Of a stretch of 64,000 nt of DNA, positions 12,700-27,600 are shown piece by piece (the first letter of the stretch is position 1; the number at the start of each line of letters is the position of its first letter). The notes under the pieces were generated by a model. It did no database searches and was not told where the DNA came from. It saw nothing but the letters and a program-made list of their open reading frames with translations. The position numbers were made by a program, and so were the translations under genes. Source of the stretch: Catajapyx aquilonaris (lineage: Eukaryota); contig KZ538064.1 of the NCBI GenBank assembly GCA_000934665.2, positions 62,001 through 126,000 of the forward strand. The letters run 5' to 3'.

Positions 12700-15600
12700 C
12701 TGGAAACCCCGGGAACAGTAAAAACTCCATTAAAATCCTGTCAGATATGACAACTAATCTTTCTCCTCTCTCGTTTTTTTTTCTTTTTAAAAAAAAGGAA
12801 AAAAAGGCACACCGAGGCCTTATCTCACACCGCAAAATTTCACTCTAATCCTCCAGGGAAAGCATGCTCAATGGCACAGTACCGCCACTCATGAGCCACT
12901 AAATTGCGCAAAATTTAACCATAATTTTTCTATCAAGTTGCTTGATATAGAGTGATGCAGAATATATTGTGCACATGCATTACATTTCTCTATGCTACTC
13001 GAATAGTGCAGTGAAACCTGTCTTTAACAGAGTCGTTCGGCAAAATTTTCCGTCCTGAACAGTTATTCTTGGGATTGATTGATATTTTCTGGTTGATATT
13101 TATTGGCATGCCAAACTCATGTCCTGTTTGTGTTAGTTTCATAATCCAGTTCTTTTAGAAGTGGAAGAAAGCTTGAATTACTATTTCCCTTTTTTTTAAC
13201 AAAAAAATCAACCTCAGTAAATTTAAACATTCATGAACCGCAACCTTATCTAAATAGGTTTTCCCATTTTTTGCCAAAAAAATATCTAAAGCAATAAATC
13301 CCAAGATGCTAGCAGTTGGGCCACGTACAAAAAAAATCTCAACAAGATATATTTAGGCTCTTGAGCGTGCACCAAAAAAAAAAACCCAGGCCGTGCAGCA
13401 GCAGCCGTTCCTTTATTAATTATGCAGCGTTTGAAGCCAGTTAGGCAGCCGAAAATTATCGCGTAATTGCATTGGCAGGATTCGCCACCTCTCAAGATGG
13501 ATGGAAAGGAATGGGGCGAAAGAGAAGTGTGGTGTGCGCAGGAAGCGATCATCATCCAGGCAATAATAACTGCTTTTCCTTCAGCCAGCAGTTTTCCCTC
13601 AACCATGCCCTGATTCGATTTCTAACGTCTTCACAGTAATTACCAGCTCAAAACGAAAGGAGAAGAGACGAAAGAAAAAAAAAACTGAATGGAGAGAAGA
13701 AAAAAAAGAACCAAGACTTAATCATACCGTTACACACATTTCCCATTATCAGAATTAAAGGGTTGGTGTTGCTATTATTTACGGGCCACCAATCGGAATG
13801 GTGACTGGTACCGATTCCGCCTCATTAAACGAAAGCACGGCCTTTTCATCAAGCGTCATGGATAATTAGTGAAAAAAGCAATTGCGCAACCCGATCCATC
13901 TGTTATTCTTTCCGGTTCAGGAAACACTTACCACGTGATTAGTAATTGCAAAAATCATTCCATGACTCGTGTTTCGAGGCAATTGAAACCGGCAGTAATG
14001 CAATCGGACAACTTACTGAATTATTTCTATCCAACATATTTCCAGCCACGGTTACATAACTGATTGAATTTTCAATTTTCATCAGGCCACATTTTAAAGT
14101 TCCACGAGTCAACTAAAATCAATCATTAACCCCTGATTGAGGGATAAGCAGATTTAATTATAGCATTATTTGATTTGTTTTTATTTTGCGCGAATAAAGA
14201 GCACATGCCAGACTAGCTTGTCGAAAAACCACTCGAATGTTCTGGCATATATTGGCGAACCTGTCACTCTGGGAAAAGGAGCAAAGTCAGCAGGCTCTAA
14301 AGTTTGGCGATTGTCCCGGTTGTAAAATTCCCGTCGCATTTCACAAACAGCAACAGTCGTCTTGGCTCACAATCACCAAGGCCTCAAAAGTCAAAATAAC
14401 AAAAACAAAAAAAAAGTCAAGGATTTTTTTGTTTTTTGTTTTGTTTTTTTTACCTGGCAAAGACCAGATGATGATGTAGGGCCCAAACATTCATCTTTTC
14501 AGGATCGGACTGACGAATCTCAACAAAGTCCTCCTCTACGACCTTCAACAAATTGTGCAAAAAATTGTCAGATTTTATTAGTATTACTAAATGACTAAAT
14601 GTGCCTTGCAGTGATCTACATAATACAGAAATTGAGCATTGGATTTTTTTAAATACAGCCATCCTTAGTGTCAGCAATAATCCTTAAACATTTGATTACA
14701 TTGTATTAAATTGATGCTATTATTCAGTTGTTAATTGCAACACATGTCCTACTACAACAAATAAAGAACCAAGTTGAATCAAATATTAGAAATATTTGAA
14801 CACTTCCAGATTCATCCTTGGCGAATCAAAAATTTTAAAATTCCAAAACCCAAAAGTTGGCAGTTCCAGAATCGAGGTGAAGCACTGTGATTCAGTTATA
14901 AATAGTTATTTTCACACTATTAATGAGTAACTGCAGATATAATTATCCCATTATTCATCAAATATATAATTTAGTAATTAGCTTATTGCTTTAACTGATT
15001 ACAAACCATTACGATGATTATGATTATTAACCTAACTTGCGTCACCTGCTTCATCACTTTCACAGTGCAATGCTGTCATAATGACAATGATTGCAATTAC
15101 CAACAAACATCTCTAAAGGCATGCTGGCAAATTCAATCCCTACCGGTGTCCTTAGTGACAAAAGGTAACGTTCCAGAAAACATGCATAAAAATAGACAAA
15201 AATTAAAGAAAGGCAACTAACAGTTTGTATTTCGTCGCTCAAGGAGTAGTCGGCAGTCCTAGCCATGCCGAGCAACCTCCTGATGTTAACCAGAAGGGAC
15301 GTGTCTCGCTCCAGCTGGCGGGTGGCCTCCTGGAACTGCTTCTCCAGACTCTCCATCTGCTCCGGCTGCGGGGCGTCCAGGGTCGCATCTACAGGGCGCC
15401 ATGGCACCTGAACGTCACCCTGGAGGGCACCAAGAGGAGAAGAAGGGGCCATCAGGGACCTAGCTCCGGACCAAAACCCCCTTCCGCTTGTACAGACACT
15501 TCCTACCTCAAGACGACTGAATTGCTCCTGCAGGTGCTACTATTCACCAATTTCCCTGTTTGCTAACCCTGCCTAAGTGCTACTTGGAACTCCTGGATGC

Positions 15601-18600
15601 GGATCTGGATCATGGTCTACAGCACTACAGGTGCTCACGTAGGACACCAGTACGTGTCATTTTTAAATGGGCCTCGTGTGCGACATGAGTGCTTCTGGTT
15701 GCACTTAAGTAATTTTACTGCTACAGTCCAGTCCACCTGAAGTGTACGTTTTAGCCATAAAATTCAATGTGCTACACTTTTTATGATTACTAACAAAACT
15801 CTTCATGTCGCATGGCCAATGCGCAAACACTTTACATAATTTTCACCCGAGGTCAAACCCATTTTTTTTGCAGGCCATACTAGTTATCGAAAAAGATGTG
15901 TCCATTCAACCTAGCTTCAGTGGCTAATATTCCCGACATCCCTATAAAAGTCACCGCATCATAAGCTTCTTAGTCGCTAGCAGAAACGGGCCACTTCAGT
16001 AGTACTGGACGACACGGGGCAGAAAATAATGCCTGGATGTTCCAGCAGGACATGCTCTAGTGTCGTCACCAAGCAAACGTACCGAGAGGCTCGTTTCATC
16101 CAGTCCATTGACGCAACACACTGAATCTTACAAAGCGGCCATTTGTTACTGCCTCTGAACGCCAGAACGGTTCTCAAGTGTGGGATATGTGCCGTGGGGG
16201 AAATGCGGCTTGTGTATTTTCGGGAATCAGACTGGACTGCGCCCCTGCGAGTCAGACTGCCCGACGCACAGGAGATTTAAAAAATGGTTGCCCAGAACAG
16301 TCAGGATAAACCTTCAAGTAGAGAAAAGAGCCCCTGAAATTGCGGCCACCCGTTGCACATGCCTGCCGTTTGGGTTGCTCTGAACTGTCAGGATAAACGG
16401 GCATGAATGCAGATAATATGTATACAGCGCGATTCGAATATTTTTTTTCCGAGAATTAGTGGTACAAGTCGACGCGAATTCAGCTGAGAGCTGAGCCAAG
16501 AGGAAGCGAGACAAGAAAATTCGAGAGTTTCCTTGGCGTCGTAGCCTCCTCATTATGAGATTCATATTTACAAACACAAGTCCCGTTTCTCATCCGCGAT
16601 AAAGCTGAAGAGTAGACAGCCGGCGTGAACTTCAGTACAGAATTACTGGTTGAGTGGGTCATGTTTTCTTCACGCTTAATCTCTCGAGACTTCCACTCTC
16701 ACAGTCCCTTTAAAAACATAATGCCTCATTGCATCTCTCTCATTATAGTGCAGCGTGAGGTTAAATTATCTCTTCTCTGCTTCTTGACACTTAAACATTC
16801 TACTTGCGGTGAGACACTGGGGGTAATATCCTCAATTTAATTTTTAAAACGCAGCCGATGAGTTGATTTCGCGTTGGTTACTGACGCCTATAGCAGCATC
16901 CATTTTCAAACCAAAATGCGGTGTTTAATTTAACACCCGCTTCTTTAAATGTGCCCAGTACAGTGTACAACATCCCAATAATAAACCCATCGGTCAGCAA
17001 TTAGCCATCACTGTATGCCACCGGCGGTATCACTGTACCGCGTACGGTGCAAATAACTCATCTGCCCGCATTTTTTTCCACATTACCGTGTCAATGAATC
17101 CTGTAGTACAGCGCACATTCGCATAATTTCCACATAACTCGACCCTAATCGACCAGGCATCACAATGCCAATATAATGTCAATAACGGTCACCATTCAGT
17201 AACTAAAAACACCACGACTTTCGGCTCGTTACCCGGCCAAGTGCACGGGGGACCGCTGATTGATAACCGCCTCAATTCCCGATGCCTTCCCAATCCGGAT
17301 TGTGCGATTGGCGATATACACACCCAATGGAATGGATGTGGCGATTGAACCAAGTCCGGCGGACGGAACTGTTCCATTAGATCTCTCTTCCAGCCCCCTG
17401 ATCTCCGCCTCGGCCGAAAACACCCGCAGACCCTTTCCCCACACCCACCCACCCCTTCCAAATCCGCCCTGACCCCCAAAGCTGCTGACTGCGACAAAGT
17501 GTCGAACCACCTCACCATTGGGCACAATCATCCAATGAAATTTCCTCTCTTTTTTTTCACTCCCTTTTGTTATAGCTCAATCTGATGTGCTTAGAGCTGA
17601 CATTTTTTTTTCTTCCCCTTTTCTTTTTCTCTAGCGCCACTCGAACATAACTGGCCTTATCCGTGGAATGTCACGTCATTAAGGACCAAATTATTTTCAC
17701 GTCAAGATCGCTATGTAAGTAACTCCATGGTTCACTTGAGGAAAAAAAAAATGTGTTGCCGCAATACAAGTTCGTAGGCAATGGAAAAGCATGAGTTGGG
17801 CCGAATGCCCCAAATTCTACTCCAGACCCAGTGTTTGGCCTCACCTGCATTGCATCTTCTCCCCGATAGAAATTCCGCACATACTCTTAGCTATCCCCCC
17901 CCTTTGCAACGGAATTTCCGATGCCGGTTGTATATCGCCGGGGAAAAGACCTTCTTCCTCCATCTGCAATTTCGTGCGGCAAAAGCAGGCGGCATTTGCT
18001 GCTGCTTCGGGGGGAAATGGTGTCTGCCACCCCCCTCTTGTCTTCCCCTTGTCACATGCTTGGGGATTTGAATTTTCATTGCAGGAATTTCTAAATGCTG
18101 GAAAGGATGTGCATACACGAAGAGGAGAAAATGCGAAGAGACTGAGTTACTCTAAACATGCTCTGTGCTCACTATATATCGACATCAAATTACTGAATTG
18201 CCTTGAAACTAATAATGCCTAACAGCAACAATAAGCTCCTGCAGACAATCCGTTCCAAGTGGCCATTTCCAAGCACAAGCCTCCTTCTCACTAATTAAGC
18301 CTCTCATTTTTGCCCGAACAGTTTCGCATCCGACTCGCCTACCCCTATAATATACCTTCCGATTGGTGGATCGAGAGCAGCACTTACCGGCAGTAGGGAC
18401 CTGCACTCGGATAGCACCAGCACAGGGATATCGCACTCGTACTCGATCTTGTGGAAGTCAAAGTCGTAGTCCACTTTCTGCCAGTTGATCAGGTTGGTCA
18501 GCGCCGTGATGTTCTGGACCCCTGCAATAACAGTAAAGATAACCGTAGCTATTCGGCCATGATCCCAGAGCCAGCAGGCAATTACACAGGAGCGTTTAAT

Positions 18601-21600
18601 GCCCCCACCACCAGCACCACCTCTCTACCATTCCTCCACTTCTTCCGCCCGTTTGGTCACTGCAATCCCTACCCACCCACCCTATATACCCTCTCTGCAA
18701 CAAAAGGGCTTTTAAAACGCTGGAGCGTTCCTTTCCAGGCTGACCCCCGCAAAATTGTTTACCACTCGCATTGGCACGGCTTGTGCCTCCAACAAGCGCA
18801 CAACAACCGTTTCTGGGTCGCTAACACTCAAAAGCGATAACAACAAACCAACTCGGAATGACACACACCAGCCAACATTCCAGGGGAGGGGAGGGGGGAA
18901 AATGTCGCGCCTGTTTATTTCGCCTTCACAACTCAGCGCCCAGCAATTGACTTCATCGACGCAAATATAAAACAACGACATATCGCTGTTTACTCGCGGC
19001 TTGCGTCAATTAACACGTCAAGTATGGTAGCAGTTGGGTCATCTAGTCCTACAGGAATTAGTGGACGTGTGGACGAAATGAGCTGCAATTTACAAATGCA
19101 ATGGAAATGTCAATTATTTTGACACCCACCGTGATTGGGTCAGGCGTTCACTTGGCCCACACTTAAGCGGTAGTTCTTCCCAGTAGCTTATCGTGCAGGC
19201 TGTAAATATATTACAGAACATGTCTAGGGTTCCGTGTTACATCGCAGTAACTTCATATTAAGCAACTTTTGTGTCGTTAATACCACGTTATTGCGTGCAA
19301 TTAATAGTGTAATCCCCCGCATATTTTCAAGATTTTAAAACCTCTATATGCACGCATGCACTCGAATTCCCCCCCAACTCTCTGATGACAGTTTGCGAGC
19401 TAGATTCTCCGGATCCACGTCAGTCGACAGGATAATTTGTAATTTGACTTCCCAAGCTCCAAATCCTTTTGGCCACTCTAATGCCAGCCAGTAGGCAAGA
19501 TTTGCTTTTAGAGCCGACGACGACAATGGCAATAAAGCACGTCACGTCAGACCAAAATTATTGCTCTCCCACCACACAAGAGCCCGCCGGATCCAACCCG
19601 AAATATCTTTCACACATGAACATGCAATTCGCGTGTGTACAGGGTGCTCCACAATGATTCGTTCAAGCTTTGGCCAGCAAATGATTACATTCAGGATCGG
19701 AAGACAGGCATCAAGTGTCGGAGTGAGGAGACCCCAAAAAAATGCAGGTGGGCCTTGGTGGCTGTCATCGGAAGAAGTAAAGTGAGTAGGAAAGACTCTC
19801 AGGAGTTTTATTAAAGGCGGCGAGAGGCTTAAAAGGACGTGTGGTGAATGCGGTCAAGCTGTACGCTGACACTCGTCGCGTCCAATCAGATTAGTGCTTT
19901 TGTTCAAGAGGTTCGAATTAAAGGCTACGGTCGTGTTTCAGAAGAGGCAACCGCTGCAGAGGGGGAGAAAAAAGGAGAAGCTCTATTCGTGTCGCTGTGT
20001 GCCTTTAATCGGATATTAGCTGTAATGAAAGTGTCGAGTGAAGAAAGCAGAGGTCAAATGTTGACGGCCGCTGCAAGTGAGGCAGAGGAAGACACTTGTC
20101 AGGTGCCGACAACCTCGCTGGCTTGAACAAGCCTGGGTCTGTTTATACAAAGGATGTTGTCGACGCTGGATAATAGCACTCTCAGAGGAACAGAGAGGAT
20201 TAATGTTAGTCCGGCTAAGATTTCTGTGCAGGACAGGCCAGGACTCAAGATTATCTCGCCGAGTGTTAATGATCCGGTCAGTCCTGATGCCGCGAGATGA
20301 CCATCCTTGCAAAATAAACTGCTAAACTCACAGTACTCTCCCATAAACCATTCTAGAACAGCACTACAGCTGACAGGCTCGCAATAATTTTAATTGTATA
20401 CGTCGAGCGAACTATTGTTCACAGACCCTGCCTTACAAATTACAATTTGCTTAAAGTATAGGCCTACAAAGTTTTCGATCGATTGTTCATGGAAAGGGCT
20501 CAACTTTTCGTCAACACAACTTGTAAGCCATGTGATCCCGGCAATGGTAATAAGCCCATATCCCACTCGATCGCCCAAACGATAATCAAACCAAGTCCCC
20601 CTGATTACGCTCCAGCGCATTTCTAATCTCCAGACCATTTTAGCCTACAACCTGCCCCCGATCTCCCCCCAACCCGAACCGATTCCAACGATTCGATCCA
20701 TACCCGTTCGTTGAGCACCAATTGTGATTGGATATTTTGCAGCAGGCGGGTCCAAATCATTTCGAATCCCCTGTTTGTGCACAAGGTGAACCATTCCTCC
20801 CAAAATTCGTGGGTCCTCCCCTATATATAGACGCAGCAGGATTCACCAAGCATCGACAGCTGCACAATACTTTTCAAGTCCGCAGTATTCAGAACAGGAC
20901 CCGTGTTTACTTGCGATTTTCCCCCACTGGATTCCGAGGGAGAGAGAGAGAGAGAGTTTCGAGTTCAATTTAGCGTGTGATTACCCCAAGGCCCGCGCAA
21001 TTGTTTCCACAGCAGCGGATAAAGCAATATTTTGAGGGTTTTACCGACTTAAATATGCCCCAGTTTCCAGTGTTCCGCACACCAATTACGGCCCCCGCTC
21101 CTCTAACAAATTAGATGCACCGCCCTGGAAAAGGACGGATAACTCCCTCCCTTCCTCCTTTCCTTCCTTCCTTCCAACCCCCCCTCTGCAAAAATAGTTA
21201 CGGTACCAGTCGTACCAGCGACCTTGGAGTGGATTGACAGCCAATTTTAGGACCCTTGTTCTCTGGGAAAGGGGAGAGGGAAAGGGTCGCATAGTTAATC
21301 GGCATCCTCTCAAAATCTTAGGGGGGGAGGCGGCACCGGGATCAATTGCTCTCAAAGCGAGCAAAGTCCCAAGTCAACTGTTTCAAATTGCATTCCGGGG
21401 CTTCCTCCGCACCAACTAATTACCCAACCGGTTTTGAAGTAAGTGATCCCGACGCATTTCCTAAACTCATTGGCGCGCCAGGTGTCACCTTCCTCCCTGT
21501 CAGATTGCGAGGCTTACGGTGGTCCAGATTGCAGCTTGTCACTTTGCCAAATGATGTCAGTTGGGGAGGGGAGGGGGGGGGGAATGTGGAGGTATTTCTG

Positions 21601-24600
21601 TCAGCTCGAATTACCGATATCTGACGATTCGACTGGGCATAAAGAACGAGCGATGCGTGATAATCACCTGTCATTCGAATTAATCCGAATGCTCGTTAAA
21701 GTTACGTGCCGAGCGTTTCTCTTGCGATTTTTTTTTTTTTTGTTGTCGTTGTTGGCACATTTCCGCCGGATGGGGAGGTCATGCAATCACGCAAAATTGA
21801 AAGCGACGCATGTGGCATTTGGAAAAACACGACTTGGGCTGTCCACAAAATTACGGATACGATTTTTGATTGCTCATGCAATCGGCGAGATATTACGTAA
21901 TATCCCCAAATCGTAACGCATCTCAATAAGGAATGAAGTAACAGCTCAGATTTGTGACTACTGAATAAAAGCACTTGTGCCACAATCTTGAATGAAGGCA
22001 ATTGAATGTATGGGCACAGTAAATATACATACGGGCCAGGTCACGTTTTCAAGTGTCGCTCCGGGAGAAGAGCGCTAATGCAGGCGCCATGTTTTTGAAC
22101 GGCGCCAGAGATTTCCTGCACAAAGCCCTGAAGGAATCTGCGGGGCTTCCCAACAACACAGAAACTCCGCATAACATCCATAAACGGAAAACGATATTCA
22201 AAGCCCATGCGGCCCACCTGATTGCAAACGAAAATTGGCATCGATCCCTGTCCCCAACTCCCCCCCTTATATAAACCCACTATACCTATATATATATATA
22301 ACCGTCGTTTCCTCCGCTTCCTTTTTTTAAATAGTATATTTTATATATTTCCAAAAGCACTGGAAGCAGCAGCATCGAACCCCCCCTCTGGCCGAGAGCT
22401 GCCAAAATCTCCTTGTGATTGTGATTCTAAAGCCCCGAGAATCCGAGGCCAATTTTCCATATCGGAGGCTTCCAAATGAATTTAGCGCCGTCCCTAAGTG
22501 GCTAAGATGCTGTAATCCCAGCCGCGATCAGAAAGCAAAGCCCGCTTTGAAACTGCGCCCCAAATGTTCGTATTATCCAGCTCGCAACTGTCGCATTCAA
22601 TCCCTATGCTCAGAAAACGAACCAACGCCAACCATACTGCGCTGGATAGTGCAGCTCTACTAGATTACACAGACAGAGAGGGTGGGGGGGTTGGACTGTA
22701 TGTGTGTCGATTCCAAACACCAGTCGGCCGGAATTACATCCCGAAACGTGGGATAAATAAGGAGCGCTTTTCCCAGAGCTTTTTTGTGCAGCAGCTCTGA
22801 ATTACAGTGCGGTTTACGTTGATCGGCACTTTTTCGGGGGGTCCACTCCCCCCCCCATCCCAGCAGCATCATTCACGCGCATGATCATGCTTAAAAGCGT
22901 TTGGACCACTGGCTTCCATGCTACAAGATGTAGCCAGAGAGATGAGTCGCATACGCCACAAAAGAACAGCAAGCAGTGTCAATTATCCTTCTGCTCTCAC
23001 CCTCCGATACTGTTGGTGAAAGCAACATCAAAAAATATTGGCTCCTTTTCTTCCCCCCCTTCACACAATCTAACAGCCTATCGATGAAGCCGCTCTCGCC
23101 ACCCCCACTTTAAACATCCCAATAACCATTCTTTTTGTAGAGCTCCGTACGTTAACAGCATCCTGAAACGACCCCCCCTAATGGCGTACGTGGCGGTGCC
23201 GGCTTTTAAATAATAGGAGCAGTTTTTTGAGTTTGCTCCTGATGTCTTTTCGGCCTCCAGTGGCAAAGGCCGATAAGGCCACTCCGTATATAAAGAACAC
23301 TTTTTTTCTCTCTTTCTCTCTCCCTACACCCCCACCACTCTCTTCCAAGTTTGCTGATAGTGCTCAACATCTACCACATGGGCTAGAAACACTTAGTGGG
23401 TGTGGATGGGGGTAATTTAGTGAGAGGTGGCACAATGGCGAGATTGCCGTCGACTAAATCAGGGGAAAGGTGCCCTTGACGTGGGGTGCGCAATTCTGTG
23501 CCCCCTCGGGGTGGGGACGCTCTAGAGGAGGAGTGCACATCGACACGCCCCACTTGTGATGTCGGCACAACAGGTTGTGAGAAGGGAGGGGGGTTCGAAT
23601 ATCCTCAGAAATGCGATAAGACCCGCTTCATGCAGGCCCACAACCGTCTCAATTAACTCAATTGCGGCTCTGGAACAATACGATGCGCCGCAGCCAGGAG
23701 AGGTTTAGCTTGCCTTGTCATTCGATCCGTCTTGTTTTCAAATAAGGCGGCAAGGCATATGTGCCAGGGTTGATTACTGTGCATCCAGACCTGAACGATC
23801 AGAATCAGGTTTCGGTCCTGATTGACTTGAGCATTGTGAAATGTCATCCACAACAGGCACTTTCTGATGGTGAAGTCAGTTATTTGCAAGCCCTCCCTAC
23901 AAAATTGCTAGAAAACAACGCATCCCATTAGAGATCATGCCAATTTTATTCAGACACTGCCGCTCTTATCTCCAAATTATGACAAGGGATTCTCATCGTT
24001 ATGTTTTTCACGTGGGTTTTAATATTCAGTTGATTTATGAAAGTTGTTTTTTGTGTAGAAATAATGCAATGCAGGCTGCTCTCACAGCCAGAAGCATATG
24101 TTCTAGGTCTACAGTATAACGTGCCTGCAGAAATATGTCAATTACAGATTTTTCGGATAATACTTTTCCATGCATTGTTCAATGCATTTCCAAGTGTACA
24201 TTACGAAAAGTAGTGACCGCTTTGGGCAGTTATCATAAATAAGCGATTTTGTAGGTGAACATATAAAAATACTTGGCTTGTACGAATTCAATTGTAAGAA
24301 GGAATAACAGGAACATCAATTGAGGTAACAGTAATAGTGAAGCATAGCAGTAATAATCACAGGAATCTGAGCAATAATAGTTAATGTAATCAAGTGTAGG
24401 GATAGCAACAAGTGACCAGATGATTGCCATGAGCGAATGAAAGCCACGCCCCATTACATTGGCTCAATCTCCGAATCTGATCACAACCTGAACTGAAAGT
24501 CAGCAGAGTTATAGATATGTCCACACAAATCATTCCCAACAAATGAAGACACTTGAATCAGCAGTTCCGACAGCGCAAGAAATCAAGGGTTACATAAGTT

Positions 24601-27600
24601 TTCCCCACATTTCCTGCAATACTTTCATGGTCAAGGAGGCGGTGGAGGGGGGAAAAAAATATCTTTGGGCTCCCTCAGGATGGATCACTACATGTAACCC
24701 AAGTTCTAACCTGACAAATTCAGTCTCCCTCAACGAAAAGTTGCCTTGACAGGAAGATTGCCTTGGTGCACATCAAATGATAGCATTTTCATTTAGGCCT
24801 GTCACGGCTTGTCTCCAAATTTGTAAAAATAACTCAGTGGAATGCTGTAACATGACAACCTTCATGTTATTAGAAGCTATTTGTTACATCTTTATCCAAC
24901 AAATGGCTATTAATGACTGCCATCAAGAATAACCTATAATGGCAGTTAGAGGTTTGATTTCTGGAGACAAATTGTCTTCCAAAATTTGGTTTGAAAATGT
25001 CATCCCTGTTTAAGTTGGCTGGCACGTAATTCCCATGCAAACTGTTCAATATGTAAAATATATTCATTCTGAAAATGCAGTCTTCCGACCTGCTACAATA
25101 ACCATTGGACACTTATCCTTCGAGCTCTCTAACTCCGCATCAGACTTAATAAAGTGCACTGGCTAGGAGTATTCCTTATCAATTCTTCAATTCTGGGGCT
25201 GTAAAGAGGTCCTAGAGCGCACATAAAGTTCTACAGACAAAGTTTCAGTGGGACGGGACTGAGAAAAAGGAGGGAGGGAGGAACCAAAAAAAAAAATCCA
25301 TTTTTAAACCCAATCTCATTCAAGCCACAATCACAAGAACAAAAAAAAAGAGACCCTGCTCTTCTTACGATTTTATCACCATTTCCTCCCACATCTCAGT
25401 CCAAATGACAAAATTTGACTGCCAACCTTTAAAAAATATAATGGTAAAGGAGAAATAAAATTGGATTGCCCTCCCGAGAACAATTAGCTCATCTCGACTC
25501 ACTATCTCTTCTCTCATTCTTTACATTTTCAAGGTTCTAGAAATATGAAATTAACCCTGGAAAGGACCTGTAATTAATTCCCCCGTCTAATGCAATGCAA
25601 TGCCTTTTTTTTCTCTCCCCCTTGCTCTAGCGCTCCTTAATTTCCCCACATTTCAGGTTTCATGCAGTGATTTTCAGCGACTGCACTTCATGTGCAGATA
25701 ATAATTCCCCTGCGCCACTTGCATATGTGCTTAGGAAGTGCATGTTACACAAGCTCTGTTCGTTTGAGTCACCTGACAGCAAGTATGTAATTAGATCCAG
25801 GGCAAATCACATGGTTTGCTTGCTGCATTGCATGCACATGGCACTTTTTCTTCGCAGGTAAGAGTCATTAATTTTTCATTTCAGGTAAGTATGGGGTATG
25901 GCACTCTTCAACACTTACTCGATGCATGCCAATGTATGTAATTAGAGCAGTTTTAGTAAATGATTCAACGCAACAGCTAACCTCTTTGCAAATTCTGTGA
26001 GTAATAACTGAAATTCTCAATTAATCTATAGCGCAGGGGTGGTCAAACCGCGGCTCTTTGACATTACATGTGCGGCTCTCGGACACATGCTGACTGGGCT
26101 TATTCCTTTGCTGGTTAGTAAAAATGTTAATGCTAAGTTGAATATGTATAATCAAATCAGAAGGCTTATGCGTGTTCCGACATTATCTGTAAAATAATGA
26201 TCATGGAACAATAAAAATGTATGTGTAATTCTGTAATATTTGTTCATGTTTAGCTGCTCTTCAGTGTCCGAAGTTTATTGCATTTGGCTCTTACATTAAG
26301 CGAGTTTGGCCACCCCTGCTATAGTGTAACCAAGTAAAATCAAAGCAAACCTTTGGCATCCAGATGTCCAACTGACATGGCCGTCTCATCCAAAACTAGC
26401 TGAGTGTGTGAACTGATCTGGAGAACACCACTGATCAACTTATTTGATATGTAGTCTTTTCTGAAAACAACATAATGCATATGTTAAATATACAATTCTG
26501 TAATCATCACTTACTGAAAATACAGTGAAACCTGCTTGTAGGGGATCATCAATATAGTGAAAACCTGTCTACTGTGCAACACTCAGTCTGCTATGGGTGG
26601 ATTGCATTATTGATAGCAAATACAGGCGAGGTGGTCGATCCTTGCTTTGGTTTTGAATATGAATTACTAACAAATAACAAGGATGAACTACTTGTTCTGG
26701 ATTTACTATTGATCAGGCAACTCAACCTTACACACTTAAAAAATGCAAAGAGGCCGTAACATACAGACTCAGGCCATCAATTTGGGAACTTGTTAATGGG
26801 TCTAAAAATTTCGTTCCTAGTTCAGTACTGTACAGCAGAAATGTGCCAATTACAAAAAATTTCGCAGAGAGGGGCGATTCCCCGACGTACAGGTGGGGGC
26901 ATTTCATGTCTCGCCTGGATCCTGTTTTTGCCACAACCTCTTATGAATTTTATCATTTTGTGGTATATAATATTGTAATCCCCTTATACATGTTAACAGG
27001 TTTGTCCATCTCTGCAACTAGTGGTTGCAAAACTGCATGTGCAAATTTTTATGCATTTTTGGTTCATCTGCCATGAGGTGGAAGACCTCAACTCCCAAAT
27101 GATAAGTACAAATCCTACATGTGATGGATGGGCTCTTTATGTCATGACAAAAGGGAGGTCCAGCTGCTGCGAAATGCCTCATGTTTCACTGTACCTAAAA
27201 AGGTAATTCTGGTCAGTTTCAACTTACCGGGGGCAAAAGTTCAACTTGTTCAGGTTCTCCAGGGAAAGGGGTAAGTAATAAGACTTGGGCAGCAGCATCT
27301 GAAGAAGCTTGTACAGTTTTAGTCCAAATCCAGCAGGCACATTACTAAGGTTCACACAAAACTTTCCAAGGAGAGTTGCGTCTTTCCTAAGGTACCTAAA
27401 AGTGAAAGAAAAAAAAAATCCTCATCACATGTTTAAGCCCCCATGAAAGACAGTCACCAATAATCTTTACAACAGAATATTTGCATGTCATGGCCGCACA
27501 TAGCCAATCAAACCCCCATTGGCTGACACATCAGCGTGGCTCACTGACTACTTAATGCTACTCAGCATCACCTGGAAAAATTGCTATTCCTCTGGAGATG

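Noticed and set aside
26521..27193. Possible pogo/Tigger-type element (TACAGTGAAACCTG ... CATGTTTCACTGTA) filling most of MCMBP intron 7
   Set aside because: Only about 14 bp of imperfect terminal match and no internal support; needs a repeat search.
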